Assembly (NCBI GenBank): GCA_016839515.1
Contig: JAEOUE010000119.1
Coordinates: forward strand, 1 to 30,026
Source: Candidatus Hodarchaeum mangrovi
Lineage (GTDB): Archaea > Asgardarchaeota > Heimdallarchaeia > Hodarchaeales > Hodarchaeaceae
Reading direction: 5' to 3'
Length of the DNA stretch: 30,026 bases
The notes under the pieces are model-generated. The model saw only the letters and a program-made list of their open reading frames with translations, ran no database searches and was not told the DNA's origin. Numbering within the stretch: position 1 is the stretch's first letter; every line of letters starts with the position of its first letter. The position numbers and the translations under genes were made by a program. Below, piece after piece: positions 17,940-27,546 of this stretch.

Positions 17940-18299
17940 TCAATTCATTCGTTTCGATGCTTCTCGAATCCAATCCAAATTCTTTTTGGCAAAGCTCTCT
18001 ACGTGCAACCATTTCCAAAGGTTTTCAAGAGTATTGCAAGGATAATCATAGCAATAAGCGCAACAATCAATTTTCTTCGATAATACACAAGCTCTTACCT
18101 TGCATTCTTTTTCACAAAACGGAATTAGAACTCCATTAGGTTCAGGACATCCATCACAATTAATCTGTTCTGGAGTAAGCTTCAATAGGAATGACCATTT
18201 TTCTGCAGTTCGTGTCCTAAGTTCTTGATCGTTGGTTCTCTTAGCAATATATGCAGAACATGTAGTACAATTTAATCCACAAAATGAATAGATTACCAC
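17940..18299 (-). CDS. DUF3795-family Cys-rich (metal-binding) protein
   Basis: CGLNCTTCSAY, INCDGC, CKVRAC, CAYCYDYPC. GTG start after an AGGTGA SD. Confidence 0.88.
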   Translation of the reverse strand: MVIYSFCGLNCTTCSAYIAKRTNDQELRTRTAEKWSFLLKLTPEQINCDGCPEPNGVLIPFCEKECKVRACVLSKKIDCCAYCYDYPCNTLENLWKWLHVESFAKKNLDWIREASKRMN

Positions 18300-18326
18300 T
18301 TAATTCACCTTAATCATTTTTATTCC

Positions 18327-19169
18327 TTAATTTTTTAAAGTTGATATAGCAGTTTTGAAATTTTGCCAATCACTATGTCTTAAATCTCCATCAGGTTCTA
18401 AGGTGAGAAGACCAGAGTACTGCCAGTGACTTTTTATGATGTCTAAAGCTTCATCAAATGTAAAAGAAGCTTGGGGGAGAATCCAAGATTTGTATATTAT
18501 TTCTCCTCGTAAATGAACATTAATTATATTGTTTTTCAATTCTTTAAAGCTCAATAACTCATTATACATTGCTGCCCATCGTAAATCAAGTGTTATCCAC
18601 TTGAAATCTTTCAAAAGATGAAAAGGAGTGAAATTGGGAAGGCTAGTAGGGATATTTTCTACTGTTGCTTTTATAGTAGGATATTGATTGGCAATGCAAT
18701 GAAGACTTTGTTGGAGAAAACTTAAATTAAAATTCTGGCTTAAAGGGTCCCAAATATGGAAAACACATTGTCTAGCTCCAATTTTTTTAGCTAAATCAAA
18801 TGATTGATGGCATAACAATATTCCTTCATCGATTTGATCTTTTATTGAAGAACAAAGGAGTTTTCCAATATCACGATTGGTATGAAGAGAAAGAATAGGA
18901 AAGTTATATTCTTTTAATCGGTTAGCAATTTGACTAGGAGTATATTTGCGACTTAATTTCCAAGCTTCAAATCGCGTATCTGTTGGGTCATCTAGAGGAG
19001 GATGAACAGAGTTCCATTCAGCTAAATATTGAAACTCGAATCCATCCACAACATCCTCTCGATTAAGTTCTGACATAATATTCAAAGTAGCCTCAAAGTC
19101 AAAATAATTTTTTCCAATCATTCTTGGTAATGGCCCAGTTGAAATTGCTAGGAAAGGGGGTTTTTTCAT
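18327..19169 (-). CDS. Xylose-isomerase/AP-endonuclease-2-like TIM-barrel protein
   Basis: ILSLH, CVFH, TVENIP, ITLDL, INVHL and LTLEP give the metal-ligand pattern of the AP_endonuc_2 fold. Overlaps the upstream gene by 4 nt (ATGA). Confidence 0.75.
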   Translation of the reverse strand: MKKPPFLAISTGPLPRMIGKNYFDFEATLNIMSELNREDVVDGFEFQYLAEWNSVHPPLDDPTDTRFEAWKLSRKYTPSQIANRLKEYNFPILSLHTNRDIGKLLCSSIKDQIDEGILLCHQSFDLAKKIGARQCVFHIWDPLSQNFNLSFLQQSLHCIANQYPTIKATVENIPTSLPNFTPFHLLKDFKWITLDLRWAAMYNELLSFKELKNNIINVHLRGEIIYKSWILPQASFTFDEALDIIKSHWQYSGLLTLEPDGDLRHSDWQNFKTAISTLKN

Positions 19170-19672
19170 AAAACTTGTCTCTCATAAAAAAAATCCTTAT
19201 CATCAACTATTCCTAGTTCTTCTAATTCACCGATTAATTTTTTGAACCAATCTTCATGTTTTTTAAATGGGGATATCGTTATTCCGCTTGTAATAATTCC
19301 TTTATTAAACATATCATTTTTTACACTCTCAATAGAGATTTCTACGATAGCATATTGAGGATCAAACTTCATTTGATCCTTTAAAATTCTAGCAATCCCA
19401 TTTATACTCACAGCTATATCAGGAGGACATGTTGAGAATAATGCGACATAGGAATTAGTTGAAAGGTTCTTATAGGTTTTATGACCACGAAAGATTACCA
19501 ATCGTATTAATTGGGGAGTCACAGCACGAAAACTACCAAAAGGTGCAGTATGAGGTGTTCCATCTGGATTAACTGTAGCAAGAATTGCTGTGGGATTTAA
19601 TTCACAATTTTGTTTACGAAATGCCATAAAAACTTCATGAGGGAGCTTTGAGGTTATAAACCAGGACAGCAT
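19166..19672 (-). CDS. Pyridoxamine 5'-phosphate oxidase-like FMN-binding split-barrel protein
   Basis: AILATVNPDGTPHTAP, KTYKNL..N..VAL, SINGIARI. A GGTGA SD lies upstream. Confidence 0.85.
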   Translation of the reverse strand: MLSWFITSKLPHEVFMAFRKQNCELNPTAILATVNPDGTPHTAPFGSFRAVTPQLIRLVIFRGHKTYKNLSTNSYVALFSTCPPDIAVSINGIARILKDQMKFDPQYAIVEISIESVKNDMFNKGIITSGITISPFKKHEDWFKKLIGELEELGIVDDKDFFYERQVL

Positions 19673-19714
19673 CTTGTTTTCACCTTCTAGATTTCAATTT
19701 TTTACAATAAGAGA

Positions 19715-19751
19715 AAAGTTTTTAAACTTTGTTACGTTACAAAAATTGTAA
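19715..19751. promoter_or_regulatory. Divergent promoter core: symmetric TATA-like element plus adjacent inverted repeat
   Basis: AAAGTTT-TT-AAACTTT (19715-19730) and TTACAA-AAA-TTGTAA (19737-19751) lie in the 110-bp gap between divergent operons. Confidence 0.45.
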
Positions 19752-19782
19752 ATGAAATGAATATTGCATTCAAACATTTAGT

Positions 19783-20808
19783 ATGAGGTCCAAAAATTTG
19801 GAAGAAATAGTAACTATAACAAATTTATATAGGGATTTCATTATAAAACATCGAAAATGGCTTTTATCAGCTCAACAAACTGTTATTAAAGCCTTAAATA
19901 ATATAAGCTTTAACATATATAAAGGAGAAATGTTTGGACTTCTTGGCCCAAATGGAGCAGGGAAAACAACAGCAACAAAAATACTTTGTACCTTACTTTA
20001 TCCGTCAAAAGGAACTGCTACTGTTTTGGGATACAATGTCGTCAAAGAAGCCCAAAAAATACGTCCATTAATCAATATGGTAGCTGGTGCTGAACGTATG
20101 CTCTATTTTAGACTGACTGCAAGAGAAAATATGCAATTTTTTGCTGATCTGTACAATCTTTCTCGTCTAGGTTTAAAAGAAAAGATTGACGATTTGCTTG
20201 GTCAGGTTGGTCTTTTAGAGCGAGCTGACTCTCCTATTGAGGGATACTCCAAAGGTATGCGTCAACGTTTACAGATAGCAAAAGCTTTCTTAAATGACCC
20301 TTTAGTCCTTTTTCTTGATGAACCAACACTTGGTTTAGATGTCCAGGTTGCTCGTGAACTTCGAAAACTTGTGAAAGACCGAGTTAATCATAATCGCATG
20401 AGTGTTTTACTTACTACTCATTATCTTCATGAAGCAGATGAGCTCTGTGATCGTGTTGCAATAATTAATCGAGGGAAGATATTAGCCATAGAAACTCCTA
20501 AAACATTGAAAAAACAATACCATTCTAGGCCAAAGGTTCATGCATCAGTTGGAGGGACTAACCAGAAAAGTATAGAGATCCTCAAATCATTAGAGTATGT
20601 TAAAAACATCAATATCCTGTCAAATCAAATAAAAGATGAAACAGTTACAGCCACATGTGATCTTATAATTGAGGTGTTAAGGGAAGATGATATTTCTAGA
20701 GTCATTAATGAATTATTTCAAAATTTAGAATTAAAAGTATTTGAAGTGAAGCGATATCTTCCATCTTTGGAAGATGTTTTCGTCCAAATGATCGAGCAAT
20801 CAGGGTAA
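19783..20808 (+). CDS. ABC exporter ATP-binding subunit (DrrA/ABC-2 type)
   Basis: Walker A GPNGAGKTT, signature YSKGMRQ, Walker B LFLDEPT, H-loop LTTHYL, C-terminal PSLEDVF. Confidence 0.96.
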   Translation: MRSKNLEEIVTITNLYRDFIIKHRKWLLSAQQTVIKALNNISFNIYKGEMFGLLGPNGAGKTTATKILCTLLYPSKGTATVLGYNVVKEAQKIRPLINMVAGAERMLYFRLTARENMQFFADLYNLSRLGLKEKIDDLLGQVGLLERADSPIEGYSKGMRQRLQIAKAFLNDPLVLFLDEPTLGLDVQVARELRKLVKDRVNHNRMSVLLTTHYLHEADELCDRVAIINRGKILAIETPKTLKKQYHSRPKVHASVGGTNQKSIEILKSLEYVKNINILSNQIKDETVTATCDLIIEVLREDDISRVINELFQNLELKVFEVKRYLPSLEDVFVQMIEQSG

Positions 20809-20813
20809 AAATC

Positions 20814-21635
20814 ATGGATTTCCTTCGAGTTATAAAAGCACAAATAATTCGATGGACTAAAACAGAGTTTTTTCGTCCATTTGTTTTATTTTGGAACTTA
20901 GTTCTTCCATTTACATGGGGTTTGCAATTTTATTTCTTATATTTGCCCTTTAATTTTAAAACAATCAATATACAATTATTAAAGGTTAGAAATTTGGAAA
21001 TTGATCTCTTAGGGTTTACTTTAACGGGCCAATTATGTTGGATGCTTTTTATTAATGCCTCTTTGTTTGGAGGGGTCTTTTTTATGCGTGAACGATGGGA
21101 AGGTACCTTAGAGGTTTTACTTCTCTCCCCAGCCTCTCGTATTGGAATTATTACAGGAAATGCACTAGCAGCTACAGTCAATTTCCTTTGGTTTAGTATT
21201 GGATTGATCTTCAGTTTATTTCTACTTCAAATACAATTTAATATTAACTCATTAATGACAGTTATTATCTCTTTACTAGTTTCTTTCCTCGTACTTCTTA
21301 CAATGGGTATGTTTTTTGAATCATTCTTCATTGCTAGTCGATTAGGAAATATGTGGGCAACTGCAATCCAAGAACCTTTACAGTTCACCTCAGGTCTAAT
21401 ATTCCCTATTCAATATCTTCCAAGGATTTTCAAAACAATTTCAATCGCAGTTCCGTTAACTTATATATTTCTAATTATTCGTGGAACTTTATTAGGAGCA
21501 TTAACTTTTGAGGATATTTATCTAGAATTATTCGTTTTATTTTTCTTTGCATTTGGACTTTTCTTCCTTTCATCAATATTTTTGAGTCTTGTAGAGAAGC
21601 ATGTAAAGCATAAAGCAAATCTTACATTATTTTAG
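20814..21635 (+). CDS. ABC-2 type transporter permease
   Basis: About 6 TM helices, ERWEGTLEVLLLSP, SGLIFPIQYLP, PLTY. Starts 5 nt after the ATPase gene. Confidence 0.93.
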   Translation: MDFLRVIKAQIIRWTKTEFFRPFVLFWNLVLPFTWGLQFYFLYLPFNFKTINIQLLKVRNLEIDLLGFTLTGQLCWMLFINASLFGGVFFMRERWEGTLEVLLLSPASRIGIITGNALAATVNFLWFSIGLIFSLFLLQIQFNINSLMTVIISLLVSFLVLLTMGMFFESFFIASRLGNMWATAIQEPLQFTSGLIFPIQYLPRIFKTISIAVPLTYIFLIIRGTLLGALTFEDIYLELFVLFFFAFGLFFLSSIFLSLVEKHVKHKANLTLF

Positions 21636-21646
21636 GAGAATTAACT

Positions 21647-22477
21647 TTGAGCCAACAATTAAGAGTTATATTAAGTACAGCAAAATACAATTTGATTGCT
21701 TTTTATAGAATATTTTCTCCTACCAGTTTTGCTTTACGGTTTTTCCTACCGATTATGACAATGGCGACAGCATGGATATTATATCATGTTATTTTTGGAT
21801 CAGAGAACCTAAAAGAAACTTTTTCTGCATATTCCTCTGTTGATTATCTTACATTCATCATTATTAGTCAAGCGGTCTTTGTTTATATGTATGCTTGCAT
21901 ATTTCAACTTGGCAGAACCTTTTATTGGGAAAGAATGGGAGGAACAATCGAACCTTTATTCTTAAGCCCTGTTTCAAGAAAAATATTCATGTTGGGACAT
22001 CTATCTTATGCTATTTTTAATGCTTCAATCGATTTCGTGATTATATTAATTGCTGGAATCATTGTCTTTGGAGGAAAAATAGGGTATTTAAATTTCTATA
22101 CTGCTATTATTGGATTCTTATTACTTATTATTTCTTTATTTGGTGTAGGATTAGTAATAAATGGGATTACATTAAGCTTACGAGACCGAACTAATACTGC
22201 TAATATTTTAACTTCAATTTTCTTCATTTTTTCTGGAACAATTGCTCCTGTTGAAATGTTACCCCCTTGGGGTCAAGTTATTGGCTCAATTCTACCTTTA
22301 ACTTATGCTTTACATATAATTCGGGGGAGTTTTACTCCTAGTGTTTCAACATCTGGTTTTACAATTGAAATAATTTGTTTATGTTTTATATCATTTATTT
22401 CATTGATAGTTGGAATTATTTTTCTTAATAGGATAGAATCGACACTGAAAAAACATGGAGAATTGACAGTTTTTTAA
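21647..22477 (+). CDS. ABC-2 type transporter permease (second subunit)
   Basis: About 6 TM helices, ERMGGTIEPLFLSP, SGTIAPVEMLP, PLTY. TTG start after AGGAG. Confidence 0.93.
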   Translation: MSQQLRVILSTAKYNLIAFYRIFSPTSFALRFFLPIMTMATAWILYHVIFGSENLKETFSAYSSVDYLTFIIISQAVFVYMYACIFQLGRTFYWERMGGTIEPLFLSPVSRKIFMLGHLSYAIFNASIDFVIILIAGIIVFGGKIGYLNFYTAIIGFLLLIISLFGVGLVINGITLSLRDRTNTANILTSIFFIFSGTIAPVEMLPPWGQVIGSILPLTYALHIIRGSFTPSVSTSGFTIEIICLCFISFISLIVGIIFLNRIESTLKKHGELTVF

Positions 22478-22530
22478 TAAATTATTATTTCAATTCTTGA
22501 ATCGAAACATTATTTATAAATTTATCATTT

Positions 22531-23169
22531 ATGTTATTGTTTAGGATGAAAAATAACATGAAGACAATTCATGAGGCGTTAGAGGAAAAACTAAGTGCTG
22601 ATATATTAGCACAGGTCACACGTCATGGAGGAAATATATCAGCTAAAGAAATTGCTTTAAATTTAGATATTCCTCTAACAACGGTGTATTATTATTTAAA
22701 TGCTCTTGAAAAAGATGATTTTATAATTTCAGAAGAAGTACGTATTCGAAACTTAAATAAAAAGGTTTGGAGAAGATCAAAAATTGCTATTGAAGATCCA
22801 GATAGTTCTAGAGTTATTAACAATTACTATAAACAGTCCGTCAGTAAAGAACCCTTAACCATTTCCTCCTTTATTCGATTTTTTAATGCGTTCATCCAAG
22901 AGGATTTAATACGCCTTAAGATGTTAAAAGAAAACAAATTTTCCGATTTCCAACAAAATTCAGAGACTCCTTTTTTGGTTAAACTATATGGATTGAATAA
23001 GGATGATTATATTTTTGCAATGCAAAAATTAATGGATTTAAGAACAGAATTATGGAATAGAGAAAAGGAGAGAGAAAATCCAAAGGGAAACTATCAAAAA
23101 ACAAATCTTGAAGAGGAAGAGCAATACCTCCTTTTTTTCCTTGCCATCCCAAAATTAGAGGAAATTTAG
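22531..23169 (+). CDS. Winged-HTH (ArsR/HTH_20-like) transcriptional regulator
   Basis: ISAKEIALNLDIPLTTVYYYLNALEKDDFI HTH with a wing, plus a C-terminal alpha/beta domain. Follows the ABC operon. Confidence 0.85.
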   Translation: MLLFRMKNNMKTIHEALEEKLSADILAQVTRHGGNISAKEIALNLDIPLTTVYYYLNALEKDDFIISEEVRIRNLNKKVWRRSKIAIEDPDSSRVINNYYKQSVSKEPLTISSFIRFFNAFIQEDLIRLKMLKENKFSDFQQNSETPFLVKLYGLNKDDYIFAMQKLMDLRTELWNREKERENPKGNYQKTNLEEEEQYLLFFLAIPKLEEI

Positions 23170-23524
23170 AAAGATTTCGATAAGTTTAAAACTCGAGGAG
23201 ATAGTAAATTGAAATATCAAACCATGATACATTTTATGTATAAAAATGGACAATTAGCAACAGCCAGAGTAATTTTTGAGTTAAAAATAATAGTTTAGCT
23301 ATGGGAGCAATTATAGTTTATTCTGAGATATATTTAAAGGCTGTACAGAAAGAATAACAAAATTTTTCCTTTCATCCAATTCAAAGGATTTTGTTAATTG
23401 TACGTAATCAAGAAATATTAGCTATAATAAATTTCAAAACCTGTCAATTAATAAAAGCTATAAATCTATAATGATTTCTATAACCACTCTTCAGATTTAG
23501 AACCAACTAACATAGAGGAATTGT

Positions 23525-24565
23525 ATGGTAAAATTGAAAAATAGACAATGGAGGTTAGCAAACCATCCTGTAGGTATGATTAAAGAATCAGACTTTAACT
23601 GGGTAGAAGAAGAAGTCGAATATGAGCTTCAAGAGGGAGAACTCCTTGTGAAAAATTATTATCTCTCACTCGACCCAGCAAACAGGTCATGGATTTCTGC
23701 ATCTCCTAAATCACATTATATAGAACCTGTTAAAATCGGTGATGTTATGAGAGGGATCACTATTGGGCAGGTAATAGAAAGTAAAAACCCGAAGTATGAT
23801 AAAGGAGAATATGTTATTGGGACATTAGGGTGGCAAGACTATTCAGTCAGTAAAGGATCAGGATTAATAAATATCAGCTTATTACCAAAACCTGAGGGAG
23901 TCTCTATAACAATTTATTTAAATGTTTTGGGAATGATTGGATTAACTGCTTATTTTGGACTTTTAGAAATTGGAAAACCCAAAGTAGGAGAAACTCTTGT
24001 TGTATCCGCAGCTGCAGGAGCAGTAGGTTCATTAGTCGGACAGATCGGGAAGATTAAAGGGTGTCGAGTCATTGGAATTGCAGGGACAGAAGAGAAGTGT
24101 AAATGGCTCACGGAGGAATTAAAGTTTGATGGAGCGATAAATTACAAAACCGAATCCGTTTATAAACGATTGAAAGAGCTTTGTCCCAATGGAATTGATA
24201 TTTATTATGAAAATGTGGGCGGGAAAATACTAGATGCCGCCTTAGCTAATCTAGCTGTTTATGCCCGTATACCTGTTTGTGGGATGATTTCGAAGTATAA
24301 CTTGACAGAGTTACAACCTGGACCATCAAATATTGTCCAAATTGTTACCAAACGAGCTTTAATGCAAGGATTTATTGTTAATGATTTTTTGGGTCGTATA
24401 TCTGAAGCAATGCTTGATCTTATGACTTGGTTTAATGAAGGAAAACTTAAATATCGAGAACATATCGTCCAAGGGTTAGAAAATGCCCCTAGAGCTATAA
24501 ACATGCTATTTGATGGATCTAATAAAGGAAAATTAATAATACAAATCGCTAAAGAACCAACATGA
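23525..24565 (+). CDS. NADP-dependent MDR oxidoreductase (prostaglandin reductase/alkenal reductase/CurA-like)
   Basis: YLSLDP, GLTAYFGL, VVSAAAGAVGS, GIDIYYENVGG, CGMISKYN, GSNKGKL. Confidence 0.95.
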   Translation: MVKLKNRQWRLANHPVGMIKESDFNWVEEEVEYELQEGELLVKNYYLSLDPANRSWISASPKSHYIEPVKIGDVMRGITIGQVIESKNPKYDKGEYVIGTLGWQDYSVSKGSGLINISLLPKPEGVSITIYLNVLGMIGLTAYFGLLEIGKPKVGETLVVSAAAGAVGSLVGQIGKIKGCRVIGIAGTEEKCKWLTEELKFDGAINYKTESVYKRLKELCPNGIDIYYENVGGKILDAALANLAVYARIPVCGMISKYNLTELQPGPSNIVQIVTKRALMQGFIVNDFLGRISEAMLDLMTWFNEGKLKYREHIVQGLENAPRAINMLFDGSNKGKLIIQIAKEPT

Positions 24566-24603
24566 TCCTTTTCCTATCATGAAAGTACAGCTGCTTCTTC
24601 TAA

Positions 24604-25857
24604 TCATTTATTAAGTCGATGTATCAGATCCTCAAATTTTTTACTGGAAATGGCTAATTCATCTAGTTCCTGAATAAACAATCGATATGTGGCATGTTTG
24701 GGGTCAAATAATCCTTGTACCCGATGATAAAGCTTTTTCGAAACAATTGAAGAAAGCTCCTCATGAACTATGGAATGATGTAATTGTAGAATGGCTTCTC
24801 TTATCCCTTTCATAAGAAATTGTTTATTTGTACGTTTAATCATCTTTTCAACACGAAGATTTCGAATTATAGCCCAACCTGGTAATGAAGGATGCTTTTG
24901 AGGTTTATTTTGAAGCTCGGAGTCAGGAATGAAATCCTTTGACTTGTAAAAACCGGGTTGAAAAAGGCCAAAATCAATTTCTTGTAGACTTTTCCGATTC
25001 TTTATTGTAGCAATAAGATAGTTCCCATTATGCCTATCCCATGAGCCACAAACCGTATCAAATACTATTATCTTCCCAAGATTTACTGCATCATGTTCAA
25101 TAATAGCTTCTAAATCGCTAGGTTCCGCTGCCCAGAGATCGATTGAACTGGGAGTTAATGTCTCAATAAATAGATTTGATCTTTTGGAAAATGGTTTAAG
25201 CATCCTAGTACCAGAATTGTGAATTATCATGGCATTTTTTGGAATATTAACTCCAATAATCTTACCTATTCGGATTATTTCTAACTCTAAATTTGGATTC
25301 CCTCCTACACTTTGATTTTCGATAGCTTTTACAATTAAACCGTGTCCTTGAGGGGATGTAAAGAGAAAAGAGAGAGCATTAGCACTTTCAGGCTTACCTT
25401 GTCTAAAAAATATTAACTTAGTGTGCTTTTTTTCAGATTTTATGGTTTTAAAAAAATTAAATGAATCAATAATTGCCCCATAATATTCAATAACCTTGGT
25501 TCGCATACTTAAAATGATATAAGAATCATAATAGCCATGAATCAAATCCAGTTGTTGAAAAATCTGAAGGTTAGATTTAGAAAGATAATTGCTTTTGAAA
25601 AATATGCCAAAGTTTATAGAAGAAGGAATCCATCTTAGACAGAATTGGATTATTTCAAGAGTTCTTTCTCCAGTAATTTTTTCTCTTGCAATCCTTAGTC
25701 TCTTCAAGAAAAATTTCTTTTTTCGAAAAGGAGTGGTATTTATCACTTTTATCTTATGATTAATCCTTTGTGGTTGTTCCTCAGGACTTGATACTAATTT
25801 TTTTATTTTTAACCCAGATTTAAAGTCAAGATCACGTTTTCTGAGAGAATTATTCAT
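24604..25857 (-). CDS. Atypical kinase of the PI3K/PI4K/actin-fragmin kinase/HipA superfamily
   Basis: LIVKA (ATP Lys), NLELE (alphaC Glu), LGKIIVFDTVCGSW-DRHNGN-YLI catalytic loop (25021-25038), EIDFG metal-binding loop (24967-24978), and an N-terminal extension of about 150 aa. Confidence 0.82.
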   Translation of the reverse strand: MNNSLRKRDLDFKSGLKIKKLVSSPEEQPQRINHKIKVINTTPFRKKKFFLKRLRIAREKITGERTLEIIQFCLRWIPSSINFGIFFKSNYLSKSNLQIFQQLDLIHGYYDSYIILSMRTKVIEYYGAIIDSFNFFKTIKSEKKHTKLIFFRQGKPESANALSFLFTSPQGHGLIVKAIENQSVGGNPNLELEIIRIGKIIGVNIPKNAMIIHNSGTRMLKPFSKRSNLFIETLTPSSIDLWAAEPSDLEAIIEHDAVNLGKIIVFDTVCGSWDRHNGNYLIATIKNRKSLQEIDFGLFQPGFYKSKDFIPDSELQNKPQKHPSLPGWAIIRNLRVEKMIKRTNKQFLMKGIREAILQLHHSIVHEELSSIVSKKLYHRVQGLFDPKHATYRLFIQELDELAISSKKFEDLIHRLNK

Positions 25858-26091
25858 CTTTATCTTACACTATTCTCTGAAACATTCTATTTTCCAGTTA
25901 TCTAAGTATGTTTAAGATTAATTATCAATGAAAATTAATTCTTACCATTCCTCTTTTTACTATAAATTCTACCATCGTAATGAAAATTCATTGAAGGATT
26001 ATTAAGATAACACATTGAGCTTTACTCTTTCAGATTCAGAATAAATTTTTTAATATGAATTTGATAACAACATTATTAATACCCCCAAACA

Positions 26092-26982
26092 TTAATCTAA
26101 TCCCTCATACATCCATATATTGTTATATTGAGTTCGAAGGTGATTTGCTAGGTTGGGATCGAAAATATTGAGACTCGCAAATATTTTTCTTGGCTCGGAG
26201 GGACTTTGCAGCTTAAAGATGACCCGTTTATTATCAAAAATATCAAAATAAGTTGGAATGCGTCTAAAGATAGCTTTAATCTGAAACCCTTTCATTTCAT
26301 TAATTAAACCAAATTCCTGATGTTTTTCTGTCAATTGGGAGAAAAGGTCATGTTTTTCCTTTTTACTAAGCTTTTCACTCTCCTCAAAACACCAGAGCAT
26401 TTTAATATTCACACCGTATTCCAGAGTTTTCTTCAACTCTTCAAAAAAGAATCTAGCTTGATTTAAAACTTTAATCGTTGTATCATTAATGAATTCTGTT
26501 ATTAAAATCTCCTCTTGTACTATCTTGAAATATTGAAAGTAGAGAGAGTAGATAGCCTTCGTCCCAATGACTGAGGAATAGAAAAGTCTTTCATCTTTTA
26601 TACCATTAGAGGTATCATAATATTTCACTTCTAATTCTTTTAATTGATCAAACAATGATTTTTCTTTCTTTTTACTTTCCTCCCGTCGATAGGAGACAAG
26701 ATTAAATAACGCTTTATTTAAGGGGATAGCTTTAAATTTCTTTGGCCGACCTTCAAGGATAGTAATCATCTTTTTCGATTCAAGCTCGTCTAATGCTTCA
26801 TAAATTCGGCCAATGGGAACCTTAGCTCTTTTCGATATTTCATTAGCTGTTAAAATCCCTGAATTAGAAAGAGTTAAGAGGGAATTGATGCAATATGTAG
26901 AGAGATTTGCACTTATTAAAAATTCTCTGATCTCGTCCAATAGGTCTCCAGTCAAGTTTTCAACCATTCCTTTCATTTTCAC
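26092..26982 (-). CDS. TrmB-family transcriptional regulator
   Basis: LTANEISKRAKVPIGRIYEALDELESKKMI, GRPKKFKAIP, a coiled coil, and a PLD-like effector domain (FDIFDNKRVIF ... YNNIW). Confidence 0.92.
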   Translation of the reverse strand: MKMKGMVENLTGDLLDEIREFLISANLSTYCINSLLTLSNSGILTANEISKRAKVPIGRIYEALDELESKKMITILEGRPKKFKAIPLNKALFNLVSYRREESKKKEKSLFDQLKELEVKYYDTSNGIKDERLFYSSVIGTKAIYSLYFQYFKIVQEEILITEFINDTTIKVLNQARFFFEELKKTLEYGVNIKMLWCFEESEKLSKKEKHDLFSQLTEKHQEFGLINEMKGFQIKAIFRRIPTYFDIFDNKRVIFKLQSPSEPRKIFASLNIFDPNLANHLRTQYNNIWMYEGLD

Positions 26983-27065
26983 TAAAATTAGGTGAAATGA
27001 GATCGATAATCAATATAAAAATATCGGTGGATTAGATCTTAAATTTTTCTAAGGAGATGAATTAA

Positions 27066-27503
27066 TTGGTATTAACTAATGAAGATTTTTTAAACGAGAT
27101 AAAAGTTCATTTTAACTATACTGACGAAGAATTTAAGGAATTCATTAATAATTCAAGGAACCAAGATGTTTTATCAAAAGTAACAGAGCTATTAAATAAA
27201 ACTATAGTTATTGAAGTTATTGAAGCGAAAGGATGTAACAGTCAACATAAGAAAGGAGATAAATTATATCTAGATGGATCAGGAAATCTATTAACAAAAT
27301 TATGCCCCAAAAAAATCTGTGTATATGCCTTAGGTCAAATCGATCGGCTAGTTTATGCAGCACACGAATTAATTTATGCTGGAATTGATCCAAATGAAAT
27401 GCGTTTCAAAAGAGTGAGTTGTCTTGATATTGGGTTGGAATGTGGAGGTTGGGGAAATGTATTAATGGAATTTAGCATGGTAGAGAGAGGAAGTCTGAAA
27501 TAA
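27066..27503 (+). CDS. TIGR04076-related Cys protein with N-terminal helical extension
   Basis: IEVIEAKGCNSQHKKGDK, KICVYAL, VSCLDIGLECGGWGNVLMEF. TTG start after an AGGAG SD. Divergent from the TrmB gene. Confidence 0.72.
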   Translation: MVLTNEDFLNEIKVHFNYTDEEFKEFINNSRNQDVLSKVTELLNKTIVIEVIEAKGCNSQHKKGDKLYLDGSGNLLTKLCPKKICVYALGQIDRLVYAAHELIYAGIDPNEMRFKRVSCLDIGLECGGWGNVLMEFSMVERGSLK

Positions 27504-27546
27504 TTAAACCCCCTACTTCTCTAAACTAGAAAAACAATCAACGAAA

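Noticed and set aside
23227-23241. Palindrome ATACAT-TTT-ATGTAT and similar short AT-rich inverted repeats (near 3164-3176, 3291-3317, 25979, 27002-27028)
   Set aside because: Short, AT-rich and not recurrent. Expected by chance at this base composition.
24604-26982. HipBA-type toxin-antitoxin pair formed by the kinase and the upstream regulator
   Set aside because: The upstream gene is a full-length TrmB with an effector domain, 234 bp away, not a small coupled Xre/HipB antitoxin.
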